A stretch of 64,000 bases of DNA from positions 19,158,001 to 19,222,000 of the forward strand of contig OX597832.1 in the NCBI GenBank assembly GCA_951406725.2. Direction: 5' to 3'. The position numbers were made by a program, and so were the translations under genes. Source of the stretch: Octopus vulgaris (taxonomy: Eukaryota). The notes under the pieces are model-generated. The model made no database searches. It worked only from the letters and a program-made list of their open reading frames with translations, and was not told where the DNA came from. This document shows, one piece after another, positions 14,263 through 28,900 of the stretch (its first letter is position 1; every line of letters starts with the position of its first letter).

Positions 14263-14892
14263 TTTCATAATGATGGTTGTGATGACGGGGTATGTTTGTT
14301 TTTCTTTTCTGTTTTGAATTTTACATAAATCAATTAAATAATTATTCATTATAAAGTCTTATCATAAACGACACTTAGGAAAACATAAAAGAATATTATT
14401 ATTATAATATTCATGGAGATCAATATGTGGATAATACTTAACATATTATCTCACCATACTGTACAAAGGACCCCCCTTAGCGATGTCAAAACTGAAACGA
14501 ACATAAGAGAGTGAGAAAAGAAAGAAACTGGAATGCAAAAATGAAAAAGAGAGGAAAGACGAAATCTTTTCATTTTATTTGATCTGTCACCGCCTGAGAA
14601 GTTTATACATACGAAACTATTTTGAAGGTCGTAGACGCATACGTACGTATGTGCATACATCCTTACAACGCTTGCATTGGTACACACACACATGCACACA
14701 TACAAGTTGGAATGTACAGGTGTGTGTATACATAGTATACTTATGTGTGTGTGTATGGTGAGTGTATTTGCATACTATGGTGTGTGTCTCTCACACTGTT
14801 TGTCTGTGTAGTTATATATATATATATATATATGATAAATTTCTGTATATCTATTTCTCTCCTCCTCCCTCTCTTTCTCTCTTTCTCTAAAG

Positions 14893-14924
<32 letters not shown>

Positions 14925-15839
14925 ACACACATATGTACATGTATACACGCATAACACATAAATACATGCATACTTACACTCATGAAACACACACTCCTAG
15001 ATGTACACTCAGGTATACTCAAATTATGCTATCATACATACATACATATATACCACATACTTACATACATACATACCTTCATACATACATACATACGTAC
15101 ATACACACACTGTAGATATGTAACAACGTATTGAAGAAGTGTACGTACGCTCTTAGATACATATCGCGCAAACCTGGATAGATTTCATTCTGAGATAATT
15201 AAATTTGACCTCTTTATAAAATAAAGGAAGATGAAATGAAATATATAGCCGCTGCTGAATATCCCGACAGTTAAAGCTAACTTTGAAGCGACAGTTTATT
15301 GAGTGTAAAAATCTGAATGAAATCATCACGATATAAATGTTATATGAACATGGACGCTTAAACGCGGTAGATTGACTCTGACAGCCATGGCCTTCTGGTT
15401 ATAAAATTAGCTATATAATCAGTACAGAGAGGGAATGATTCAAATGGTCTGCACCTTAAGCAAATGGTATCTAAGGGATTTGAGACATGGTTTGAGCTCA
15501 TATAGAATTCGTGAGTCCACTGAGGAGGACGGAAAACTGAGCATAAAGATAGTGAAGCTAACTGCGTTTCTTTTTTTTTTTTCTGTATTTTATCTTATCG
15601 CAATGGATTTAAAAACGTATTCCGTAATATTAGGCTGTTTTTTACCTGAAAATGTTTTCGTGAACAGATCTTTAATTTCTGGTTATATTACACGGACGAA
15701 CTCGCTCACAGACAACCTCTCCCCCACCACACACACACACACCAAACACACACACAAAAACATACGAACATACACTCACGCACACACGCACACACACACA
15801 CATATATGTTTAAGCGGAACCACTCCATCTCAATCACAG

Positions 15840-16045
15840 ACATTTCAAATATTTTTTTTAAGTAAACAATTTGAAACTTCGAAGACTGGCAGAATTTCTT
15901 ATGTAGAACACGGTTTACTCTGAACATTTTTCACAAAATTTCGTATTTCAAAAGTTACTTCGTGTTAAAGTTGTCGTATTTGAGTAATTTCAACTAATCA
16001 ACGACATGTATTCGGTTGAAGAAAGCTACCGCTGTTTGTGATAGT
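15840..16045. repeat. Interspersed repeat (MITE or DNA-element-like), copy 2
   Basis: Aligns with 7745-7960. Confidence 0.6.
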
Positions 16046-16078
16046 AATCTGGATGTATGAATGTTTACTTGTTTGTAT

Positions 16079-16490
16079 AGGCGCAAGAGTGGCTGTGCGG
16101 TAAGAAGCTTGCTTCCCAACCACATGGTTCCGCGTTCAGTCCCACTGCGTGGCACCTTGGGCAAGTGTCTTCTTCACCAAAGCCTTGTGAGTGGATTTGG
16201 TAGACGGAAACTGAAAGAATCTCGTCGTATATATATCTATATATGTATGTGTGTATATTTATATATGTATGTATGTGCTTGTTGATTGTGTCTGTATTTG
16301 TCCTCCCACCATCGCTTGACAACCGATGCTGGTGTGTCTACGTCCTCGTCACTTAGCGGTTCGGCAAAAAGAGACTGATAGAATAAGTACTAGGCTTACA
16401 AAGAATAAGTCCTGAGGTCGATTTTATTCGGCTAAATGTGGTGCTCCAGCATGACCGCAGTCAAATTACTGAAGAAGTAAAAGAGTAAAA
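16079..16490 (+). mobile_element. SINE family B (CORE-like), near full length
   Basis: tRNA-like head (gtggctgtgcggtaag...gttcagtccc), ggcaccttgggcaagtgtctt core, internal (TA/TG)n, tail ...ctgaagaagtaaaagagtaaaa. Confidence 0.9.
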
Positions 16491-16512
16491 AAGGAATGTT
16501 TATTTTATTTTT

Positions 16513-16825
16513 GTTTCTGCACCCTTTTCAAGCCTAGCCAGGCTAATGAGCCCGGCTTCCCGGTTTCTATGGCGTATGTGTTCCCCCCAGCTGAACGGGA
16601 CGACAGTCCATCGCAGCGTTACTAAAAAAAAACAGGAAGAAAGAGTGAGAGAAGGTTGGGGCGAAAGAGTACACCAGGGTCGCCACCATCCCCTGCCGGA
16701 GCCTCGTGTAGCTTTAGGTGTTTTTACTCAATTTTAAACACACACAAAGCCCGATCTGGGAATCGAAACCACGTTCCTCCGACTGCGAGTCCGCTGCTCT
16801 AACCACTGGGCCATTATGCCTCCAC
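16513..16825 (-). mobile_element. tRNA-derived SINE family D
   Basis: Minus-strand head gtggaggcataatggcccagtggttagagcagcggactcgc...ggtttcgattccc (A and B boxes); homologous to 43620-43808. Confidence 0.8.
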
Positions 16826-17357
16826 AAAAGAGTAATGTACTGAAGAATATGTTTGTGTATTTCTCAACATATGAAACTATTACTACCGTTTAAAAACCAC
16901 GTACCGTGAGTGACCTTTAACAAGATTATATGTACTGTGTATATATTTATATATACACGTATGTGACGTCATTTTTCATTGGTCTGTGTTGTGTGTCTAT
17001 CGTAATTTATTGCACTACTCAGCGTAGTGAAATATTGTTTCAACGCCTTGAACACAACGCCAACAAATTGGGTTACATGTCACGTGAACTGTCAGACTTG
17101 CGAAAGAAAAATTGTTGATGTGCAAGCAATATTAATAAGAAAAGAAATTAAAAAAGAAATTGTTTTCTTGAACGGGTTTGTGTAATGAAAGCAAAAACAA
17201 GACAGAAAACAATAACATTAAAGCTGTGATCAAATAAACATTAAACAGAATACAAAACAAAAATAAAAGAGAAAGAAAATCATACAACAGAAGAGAAAAT
17301 ACGAATAACAATTAACAGAGTTCTAACGTCTCACCATTACGTGGTTTATATCTATGT

Positions 17358-17842
<485 letters not shown>

Positions 17843-17854
17843 TACATATACTGT

Positions 17855-18218
17855 TTTTTTACTCTTTTTACTTGTTTCAGTCTTTTGACTGCAGCCATGC
17901 TGCAGCACCGCCTTTAGTCGAGCAAATCGACCCCACAACTTATTCTTTGTAAGCCTAGTACTTATTCTATCAGTCTCTTTTGCTGAACCGCTAATGTTAC
18001 GGGGATGTAAACACACCAGCATCGGTTGTCAAGCGATGTTGGGGGACACTGGCACACAAGCGCACATACATATATATAGGTGTACATATATACGACGGGC
18101 TTCTTACAGTTTCCGTCTGCAAAATCCATTCACAAGGCTTTGGTCGGTCCGAGGCTATAGTAGAAGATACTTGCCCAAAGTGCTACGCAGTGGGACTGAA
18201 CCCGGAACCATGTGGTTC
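17855..18218 (-). mobile_element. SINE family B, head-truncated (further fragments at 18330-18389 and 18433-18462)
   Basis: Reverse complement aligns with 16120-16490. Confidence 0.88.
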
Positions 18219-18227
18219 GTATATATC

Positions 18228-18330
<103 letters not shown>

Positions 18331-18384
18331 TTGATTTTGATTTTTCCAGTTTCAGCTTATGAGCTGTGGCCATGCTGGGGCACC

Positions 18385-18436
<52 letters not shown>

Positions 18437-18525
18437 CACAGGAGTGGCTGTGTGGTAAGAAGATTAATTAATTAAAAAAATAGTTTTATATTTTATAGAA
18501 AAGAAATGCATTAACATAAATCCCG

Positions 18526-18567
<42 letters not shown>

Positions 18568-19405
18568 ATTCTCATCATACCCTCCCTCTCTCTTTCGTCC
18601 CCTCATACTCTCCCTATCTCTCCCTCCCCACCTCGCGCTCTCTCTCTCTCCTTCTCTCAGAGTTACTATCAACTAGAAACTGTTCATTTGGGTATAGGTA
18701 AGGTATCATTATTTTATCAAAAATCGCTGTATACAACTCACCAAATAAATAAATAAAGGTATTAATCTCTATATAAGTAGACTGGTTATCTTATCCCCTC
18801 TTGAATTACATTTGATTCCTCGTATATCATTTTGTTTTGATGTGTTCCGTTAATCCATACGACACCAAAAATGATTTTTAAAAAAAACCTTTATAATTTT
18901 TCCAAAGTATTTTGTGAGGTTTATCGAAGAGCAGCACCGGCATCAAGTAAACAAATTGAAGTCGACACGAGATCAAAAGTCAATTCAAAGTTTGAGGATT
19001 TACTCTGTCTGTACGTCCCATAATACATACTGCTGTTGAATGAAACAAAATGTAATTTCTTATTTTGGTTTCTGTCAAATAACGGTTCAGTCATATATCT
19101 TAACTTAATGGTTTCTTCTCTATAATTATTCTGACAACACGTATATGATATATTCCATATGAGTGTCCAGTGATTAATTCACAGACGTTTACGTCCGACA
19201 CCAAATAATCAAATAACCAAATAAATAAATGTATAAATAAATAAAAGCTGTTAGGTTTGTAGTAAAATACCTTTCTACACGTAAGCTATTTTCAATTGTA
19301 TTAAACATTATTGCATTTTATATCGCGAATGTGTACGTATGCACTTGTACATGCATGCATGTTTGTATGTATGTATCTATGTGAGCGTATTTATGTATGT
19401 ATATA

Positions 19406-19460
<55 letters not shown>

Positions 19461-21335
19461 TACATATACATATATACATATATCGTGTGTACTGTTCCTT
19501 GATGATAAGATTAACAAAAAGGTACTCCTAGTAAGCGATAAATATTATTCAATAAACACAATATATATTTTAATGGGTTGCTATACGCTTAATGGGTTGA
19601 TGCGATGAAAACAGCTCAGACAGCATTTTTAACAGGTGTCTTCGCGCAGACCCCAGGTTGTGCCCACATGGCATAAAAAGATAAAATCAGGACGATAGGA
19701 TGAGAGAAAAAACGAGAACACGCGAGAAGAAAGATATAAAAGGTGGAAGGTTGCAAAACCGGAAAACAAAAGAGAAAATAGAAAAATGCAAGAGGGGAGA
19801 ATTTGGGATTATGTCTGATTTGACCGTAAGGTCATAAAGCTGAAAGTATAGTGGCCGAGAGTCTGCAGTACAGCTGTTCAATCCGGAGCAGGTTGAACTT
19901 TCAAATTTGTCAACGGGAACTTATCCATATAATTACAACCACTCAAAATTTCAAATCTTGAATTCAGCTGTACGATAGACTTCTTAGATCGAAAAGGATA
20001 TCTGTTCTTCCAGCTATACATAGCTTAGATGTTTTTGATCCGTTGATATATGGTGCGGACTTTTCAGCTATTTTTCACTTAAGAAAGTGTTTTTGTATAA
20101 AACAGTCGCTATAATGCCGAATTTTATTTCTTAACTTTTCTTTGTTGTTGTTTGTTAAGATGTCAGTCACATTAGACATAACCCAACTGCGAACGGAAAA
20201 TATTTCCAAAATTACTGATGAGCAGGAACTAATACAATGGAATATATTCCTTCTCCACCCGCACCTCTTCAAAACATTTTTACGCTTTGTACATATGTAA
20301 GAAATCACTGCTGTTGCATATACAACAAGAACCAATCAGATGGTGGCATCTTATTGGTTCTTGTGTTCACCTAAGAATCATTTACCTACAGAAAAATTCC
20401 CTTCGGTACGTAGTGCGTTTTTATTTCGAATCTTGTCGAAGTCTTCTTCCCTCATCGATAAAATAATGTACCGTTCATTTATAGGGATCAATAAAAAAAA
20501 ACAAATGTAAAATATTGGTTTCGAGGTTATCGGGTAATCAACAAATAATCTCCTCTTCAAAATTGCTAGCTTTGCCTAAAATTAAAAAATATGAGTTTGA
20601 CAAGTGTTCATTGAAATAATTTCAATATTTTGGCTTACTGTGATAGAAACTGCATGATTGTTTAGCTGCAGTAATAAGCTGGAATATGATGTAGTCCAAA
20701 ATCAGCTCTAATTGAGCAACCTACGCATGCTCAAACGTATTTCACTCAGGATCATTCTATTTTCTCAAAGCTCTCAAGGAGGACATTATCTAAAGTACCC
20801 TTCTCTGTTTCGAGTAGGTACGATATGATCTGAGTGTGACTTGAATGTTATTTCTAGCAGGATAATCGATGTTATTTCCGAGAAATTATGACGACAGTAG
20901 TTAAAAAGTAAAGTACATTGAGTAGAATACGGTTCGACACAAATAACATAACGTTTTTTCGTTGTTTCTGAGACTAGATATCTACCGATGTATCTTAAAA
21001 CACGTTTAAATGTAAACTAGTTGTTTAAAACGTACTTATAATATAACAATATAAAGCATATTATATAGGTATGACAATCACTTTGTGATCTGATTGACAG
21101 CTGAAGGAGGAATACGCCTGGATTTGTTGATTTGTACTTAGTTATGTTCCTAAGATAAGCTAAAAAGTAAAAAAATGTTTAATTTAAAAAATACGGAAGA
21201 GCTACGTTATTCACAAAAATACAAACAAGCACACGTCTGGGTATGTGAGTGTGAAATGATATTAAGACTTTCCGCTTCCCCGTCTCCGAGTCAAAATATC
21301 AATAAACATAAATTTATTGCCTTCATTTTTATGTT

Positions 21336-21402
<67 letters not shown>

Positions 21403-22023
21403 CAATGAATTATTATTCATATATTTCGTCCACGACGTCAAAAACAGAATAAAAAGAGGATATAAGGAAAAGCGTTTAAAAATTATAATTGATATGAAAT
21501 AATAAAAGAAACATTTAAGTAAACCTATGAAAACTAGTAATTTTTATACGATGACACATTATTCAATGAAGAGATTAAATTTATGACAAGAGAATTCTGG
21601 TGTATTCGAGTGTTGCTGATGTTATCCTAAACAAGATGTCGCCTGAAAATAGAATACGTACATTAAACGATAAGACATAGATATATACATACATATATAT
21701 ACAAATAAATTATGGATACACACAAGCATATATATATATATATATATATATATATCAACACATACATATTTGCATCTATATAATATATATCTACATATAT
21801 ATGCGTCTGGGTGCGGGGTGGAGTGTATATACGAAAGTATGCATTCATGCGTTTATGTATGTGTACCTATGTATGTATATGTGTTTAGCTAAATGTAAGA
21901 TCTGATAATATACGATGGTTAGATATAATTGTTAAATTTATAGCTGTTCTCGTATGTGTTCAAATTCTTTTTCATATTTTTCTTTCGTTCTTTTTTACAA
22001 TTAAATATATATATATATATGTG

Positions 22024-22080
<57 letters not shown>

Positions 22081-22192
22081 CATGTGCATTTTCAAGCAAA
22101 CATTCGTAAATGTGTTGTACAGTATGTTACCCTGAGTAAATGGGGGGAAAAACACCTTGAATCTACACACTCACATATATATGGTAAAAAAA

Positions 22193-22246
<54 letters not shown>

Positions 22247-23519
22247 TATCCCTGTACATACACACACACACAAACATATGTATACGTATATCTGTCAATC
22301 GATCTATAAACACACGCACAGACACGCACGCACACATACACGCATATTTACATATATAAGAACAATCTATGTACGTATATCTATGTACATACATGCTTAC
22401 ATATATGTGTCCAAGTGTTCGTGCGTGTGTACGTGTGTGTGTACGTATGTATGTACGTATGTGTGTACGTATATCTATATGCATTTATGTACATATATTT
22501 ATATACATTTACATATGACTTTGTACGTTGAGTGTGATAGTGTTTATATGTAAATACATGAGTGTGTATGTGCGTCTAAGTATGTATGTAAGTGTTTTTA
22601 TATACGCATATACATACACATACAACAACATATATCATCTTGCAGGGAAATGTGAATGACACATTTTAGTTTTATCGTTAAATAATCTGCAAAATTTTAA
22701 ACACCGAAATACCGCCAAACCTACTCCAAACCCTTGTACTTGATATCGTACTTCTCATATAGCTTTGTGATGAAATTGATATAGCTCTAGTGTATAATGG
22801 ATATCATTTAAACATCTCTTCGTTAACTGAGCATGAAGAACATAATTTCCTATGCGTTTATTTTATAAGATGTTTTATGTGTGTTTTTGTACCTCTTTAT
22901 ACTTTTAGGATTTTTTTTTTTTATTTCTAGCTTCTCTCCTCATTGTTTTGTGTCTACAACATTATGTTGATGGTATCATCCTCATTTAGAAATCATAAAA
23001 AAATAAAAATTACCCCCAGAAAATATCTATTATGTAATCTCTTTGATGCCAACATATTCGGCGTAGATATGGCGTGGTTGAAGGTGGGCGATATAAATTT
23101 AAAATTTAAATATGAATAACTACGTTATAATGTCATTGTTATGCATTTCGGTAGTGGTACATATATTTAAAAGATTACTTTAGGTTTTCTAGACTATTAA
23201 CCTCATCTATATCTTTATTATTTTATTATTGTTATTATTATTATTATCTTTTGGGGTTTTGCTTAAACTTTTACTTCGTTATTTGGTTTTATTTACGTCG
23301 ATTATAAAATGATATTTAATTTATTTTCATTCATTTATTTGCATATTAATATTTTGAAATTTTATATTTCATTTTTGGGGTAGTACACTCACAAGGCATC
23401 ACCAGGTTCAATTTCTTCAACACACACGTAAACAGGCACTAAAAAATATATATTCATATATACACACACACACACACAAACATATATATATATATATTTA
23501 TATACGTTCTGTTTCATTT

Positions 23520-23554
<35 letters not shown>

Positions 23555-23609
23555 TACATACATTTATACATATACATATATATATATATACATACACACA
23601 TATATATAT

Positions 23610-24000
23610 TGCTTTATTTTCTTTTGCTTGTTTCAGTCACTTGATAGTGGCCATGTTGGATGGCCGTCTTTAGTCGAACAAATCGATCCCAAGTACTTAT
23701 TCTATTGGTTTATATTGCCGAACCTCTAAGTCACGGAGAAGTAGGGAGGGGTTTTTGAGCTGTTTTTTATGCATATACGTGTGTATGCGTGTGTGCACAT
23801 GTATCTGTGTGTTATGCGACCCACCATCGCATGACACCCGCTGTTGGTCTCTCTCCGTACCCGAAACTTTGTGATTCAATAAAACAGACCGCTAGAATAA
23901 GTACCAAATCTTAATAAATATTAAGAGCAATTTGCTCGACTACATCTTTCAATGCGGTGTATCAGCATGGCCGTAGTCCAGTGATCGAAAGACATAAATG
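23610..24000. mobile_element. Two degenerate SINE B 3' halves in opposite orientation (23610-23770 minus; 23800-24000 plus)
   Basis: ttgtttcagtca...ggccatg.tgga...tttagtcgaacaaatcga on the left and ccaccatcgc.tgaca.ccg...agaataagtac...cagcatggccg.agtc on the right. Confidence 0.7.
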
Positions 24001-24247
24001 GGATATATATAATGTTTTAATAATAGATTTTGCATCCAAACTGAAACTGATGTTTGTGTCAGTAGAAACTTTAATAATTTCATGTTGCTATCATGAAGGT
24101 TTCATCTTTCATATCTTCACTCCATAGATTTGATTCTGATGCAAGTTTATTCTGATATTGACCTGATGCCAGTTCTTTTAAATCTGCTTAGCGTGAATTT
24201 GGTTCTTCGGGTTCGTTTATGTATTTCTAAACTTTCCTGATTTTTGA

Positions 24248-24317
24248 TTGCATACCTTTCCCATTTGCATACCTTTCCCATTGCATACCTTTCCCATTGA
24301 TTGCATACCTTTCCCAT
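24248..24317. repeat. Four tandem copies of ttgcatacctttccca(t)
   Basis: Directly visible 16-20 bp units with an identical 16-bp core. Confidence 0.9.
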
Positions 24318-24380
24318 GTGGTAAGGATTTCTCGACAGGCACCAGAATAGCTTTGTTTGTATAATGTCCTCCTTTTCTAG

Positions 24381-24439
24381 ATGTTCTTGATATAAGCCCT
24401 GTCGCTGTGTCGCTGTACAGTGATACGACAAGTCAATGG
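24381..24439 (+). CDS. Candidate internal coding exon (59 nt): xVLDISPVAVSLYSDTTSQW, product unknown
   Basis: Acceptor tcctccttttctag, donor GG|gtgagt; only one frame is open (phase 1 in, phase 0 out); non-repetitive sequence. No homology recognised. Confidence 0.4.
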
Positions 24440-24627
24440 GTGAGTACTGAGGCTAAAGCCGAACGAAAAGAAGAAATATTAAATCACGAATTTGATGTGA
24501 TTTTAAAGGGATAATTGTTCTGATTGTTCCCCAATATGAGGACAGCTCTAGACGCAGAATTTTACTTCGATAAATGCCATAGTCACAAGATTTCAACTGG
24601 ATTTTCTGCGATTGAATGGGATAGATT

Positions 24628-24690
<63 letters not shown>

Positions 24691-25002
24691 GGATGGATGG
24701 ATGGATGGATGGATGGATGGATGGATGGATGGATGGATTGATAGAGAGCTGAATAGTTGGATGGATGGATGGATGGATGGATCAATAGAGGGCTGGATAG
24801 ATGTACAGATGGATGGATATATAAGATAAATAAATAGATAAACATATATATATATAGAAAGAGAGACAGATAGAGAGAGAGATAGAGAGAGAGAGATAGA
24901 GAGAGAGAGTATGTGTGTGTGTGTGTGCCAGTGATAAATAGATAGAGAGAAAGATTGATGGATAAATACAGGAAGATAGATTGTCAGATAGATAGATAGA
25001 TT

Positions 25003-25075
<73 letters not shown>

Positions 25076-25772
25076 GGAGATTGAAATACACATTGAGGGA
25101 AAAATAGACAGAAAGAGTAAGAGAGAGAGGGTGAAGGAGGGAGAGAGAGAAATGTGCTACTTATTGATATATAACTCTACTGATCTACCTAAAAAATATA
25201 TGAAAAGACAGTTGAACGAAAAAAATTAATAAATAAAAATATGAGAGTAATATGAACATAAACGACGAATAATGTAAGTAGTGTTTACTGAGTACTTTCC
25301 AGTTGGTTTGGCCGAGTATACGCGAAGTCTATGACATATATATATATATATATATGTGTGACTTTGTGAGGGAAGGAGGGAGGGAGGGGGGGAGGTTTCT
25401 TTCGAGGTGTCCCAAGGCCATTAGCCTCGTTTGTGTAATGAAATACCTTGCGGCGCACCAGGTGTTTTAATTTTGTCTCTTACATCAAATAAAAAAGATT
25501 GTGTGATTGTAGACGCGCGCGCAAATACACACACACACACACATGCATACACATAGAGAGACAGACACGGGAACATACACACATGCATGCACGCATGCAA
25601 ACAGAGAGACAGACTCACAGACAGACACACTAGCGCACACACAAACGCACATACGCATATATACGTTTATAAATACATGTACATATACACACATACACAT
25701 ACACGTACACTTATGTATTTTCGGCTTTATAAAGGTATGTACATATAAATATATATATATATTATACATACT

Positions 25773-25871
<99 letters not shown>

Positions 25872-26054
25872 GCACATATACATTCATACACACGCGTATC
25901 TATTTATGTATATGCACGAATTCATAAATAAATATGTACAGACATGTAATATATATGTACATGTGTGTGTATTTGTATGGAGAAAGAACGAGAGAGAGAG
26001 GGGAGGATACACTCATCGTAAGACGACCAGAAAATTAGACAAATGCACAGATAT

Positions 26055-26100
<46 letters not shown>

Positions 26101-26255
26101 GTGCATATGTTTAATCTATGTATTCTCTATACATCTATTTATGATAGATTTATGTTTTATCCATGCATTCTCATGTACTATATGCAGAGAGTTCTGAGGT
26201 CCAAATATTCTTTATTCGGCTGTAATATTATTAGGTTACACGTGTTTTGTTACAG

Positions 26256-26267
26256 GTGCCATTGTAA
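26256..26267 (+). CDS. Possible terminal exon start, VPL*, if spliced to 24439
   Basis: Acceptor gtgttttgttacag; phase 0 reads GTG CCA TTG TAA. Speculative. Confidence 0.2.
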   Translation: MPL

Positions 26268-27069
26268 GATATATTTTCATTCAACCCGAGATACATGTAA
26301 AATTCCTCGTCCGGTTCAGGAGAAACAGTCAAATCATTGATGGAGATGTTACTCGTCTGGTTTATAGTTTTTTCCCCCTTTTCACAAACATATAACAACA
26401 TTTATCCGGACCAAACTCCAACACTACATCCTTTGAGAATATTATAACTAGGCCAAGGCTGTGTGGTAAGGATTTTGCTTCTCTACCACATGGTTCTGGG
26501 TTCAGTCCCACTGTATAGTTCCTTTGTCAAGCGTATTTTTCTATAGCTTCGGTCTTCATTCAGAAAATTGCAATTTTCCTCATCCTGCTCTGATATCCTG
26601 ACGCCCTTCTCCTTCTCAAACGTCTCACCTGTACTTGCAACTCATAGCAGACAATGCATATGCAGTCTGGATCATTTCATACGTTTATGCCTAGTTGAAG
26701 GCGAAGCTTTATTGCATCGCCACTCTTCAAATTTTCTTCACCTCCCCACTGCAGTCTTCAAACTAGTGAAAGCAGTGTTTAGTAGGGTGTGTTCAAAATG
26801 CTGTTGCAGATGTTTCCCTCAATCTGCAACAAAATGTTGACAGGTCAGCTTGTTAGACGCATATTAATGATATACGTAAAGGACAATTGAAACTATGCCT
26901 CGAAAAATTCTTGAACATTCTGGAAAACACTTCATATATAACGTAAAATAGTGTGTTTCATGTACATTGTTAGGAAATGAAAGAAAGAAGTAAAGAAAAC
27001 GGTAAATATAATTTTCTTAATGTATGGTTATGAAACTCGCTAACCAAGATACTCTCATGTTCTGTGACC

Positions 27070-28250
27070 AAATGAGGTTTATTTTTAAACATAGTCGATA
27101 CTGCAGTTCACGCAGTTCTTTCATCGGTTCTGCAGTACTTGGATCCCATTGGTGAACAGGCATTCATCCTACTGGTGAAAGAAAAACACATAAACATCAG
27201 ACATGAGGCTATAATCACTGCAATCCTGGTTTCCAGTCAAGTTTTTCTTTGTGTTATTGAACAAAACATAGTCATATGGGTTCAAATCAGAATAGGGAAG
27301 TTGACCAAATAGTTCAAAGACACAAACACGTATAACAGCCTTTCAAAAGAAGGACTTAAATGCGGGAACATTATTCTGATGAAACAAGCCCCTTTTCCTC
27401 AGTTTTCAGAGGCATTTTGTGTTGCTAGTTTTTCGTAACTGCATCAGCAATGTGAGGATATTTTGAAGATAGTCAATAGACACAATGCCTTCTACATCCG
27501 ATAAAACTGAAGCCATCGACTTCCCTGTCGGCTAAACGACCTTGGACTTCTTTGACAGGTTAGGAAGTGTGTTTCCACTGAATCATTCGGTCTTTTGTCT
27601 CTGACTCAAAGCAATGAGCTAACACTCATCCTGGGTTAGGAAACGTTCAAACAACGTCAAATTTTTGCGGGAAGAGATCGGCCTGGTGCGCTTTTGCTTT
27701 GGTGTCTGAAGACGTGGCAGCAACCGAGCAGAAACCTTTGTCATGCCAGATTCGTGAAGCAGAATATCTCTCAAAAATAACTCTCAAAAATGATATGTAA
27801 ATAGCATTAGCTATTTGATCTATATTTAGTCACCAGTCGTCCATCATTATGAAGTGAACGCTATCAATGTTTTCTTCGTGGTGGCAGTTTCAGGACCACC
27901 AGACGTTGGTCCATCTTCAAGGCTTTCCTTTCCCCTTCAGATTTCTGTTGCCCACTTTTGCACTTGTGATAAAACTGGAGTGTCATTTCGTAAAGTAGCA
28001 ATCATGTCACCAGGATTGTCTTTGGGGGTTAAACCATTACTCTGCGGGGGTACATGATAAAGCCACTAGGAAAATATTGTCCATTTTCAAGAGAAATCGC
28101 TTCTTGTTATATTTGAAGTCTTGTTTGAACACTCAGATGTCAGTTTACCTGGAAAGAAACAATGGAGTTATTCATAAGGCGAGTTGTAATTAATGCATGC
28201 AAGACTTGTTTTCTTTAGCACCACTCTTTCATAGTCAGCCCACACTCGTA
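27070..28250 (-). mobile_element. Decayed mariner (DD34D-type) transposon, near full length
   Basis: Minus-strand fragments: GLTPKD, VQKWATE, GKESLEDGPTSGGPETATT (cf. EDDPRSGRP), ERFLTQDEC, KKSKVV*PTGKSMASVLSDVEGIVSIDYLQ, LFHQNNVPA, PYSDLNPYDY; terminus tacgag at 28245-28250. Confidence 0.85.
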
Positions 28251-28337
28251 CCTTACTTCGGGCTGAGTCTAAATGCGAGAACCTTCAAGGATGTGCCCCA
28301 GCATGGTCAAGTCCAATTACTGAAACAAGTAAAAGAG

Positions 28338-28434
<97 letters not shown>

Positions 28435-28756
28435 ATATCCGTCGAGGGAGCAGGGGCTTGTTTTAGCATATACATACAGTATACACAAACTCGCACGCAA
28501 ATTAAACACACATACGCAGTCGTAGAATGAAGTCAGAAAAGTAAATGCATTTAAAAAAGTTTGATGGATATGTTTAATAAGGTAAAGAAGAAAGCTACCG
28601 AAATACTAATAAAGACAGTGGTGATGGCGGTGGTAGTGGACGTATAAGTGGTGGTGGTGGTGGTGGATGTGCTAGTGGTGATGATGGTGATCATCATCAT
28701 CATCATCATGAAGGTGGTGTTGGTGACGACGACGACGTTGTTGATGATCGTGATGA

Positions 28757-28869
28757 GAAGAAGAAGAAGAAGAAGAAGAAGAAGAAGAAGAAGAAGAAGA
28801 AGAAGAAGAAGAAGAAGAAGAAGAAAGAAGAAGAAGAAGAAAAAGAAGAAGAAGAAGAAGAAGAAGAAG

Positions 28870-28898
<29 letters not shown>
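28757..28898. repeat. (AAG)n microsatellite
   Basis: Directly visible. Confidence 0.95.

Positions 28899-28900
<2 letters not shown>

Noticed and set aside
16740-16825. tRNA-like sequences (also ~17780-17842, 43735-43808, 59576-59640)
   Set aside because: A and B boxes are present, but they run directly into SINE bodies and lack a complete cloverleaf or acceptor stem; they are SINE heads, not tRNA genes.
18661-18697. 37-nt exon candidate (SYYQLETVHLGI, phase-compatible with 24381)
   Set aside because: Its polypyrimidine tract is a (CT)n microsatellite within what looks like a repeat-derived segment, so the splice signals are probably coincidental.
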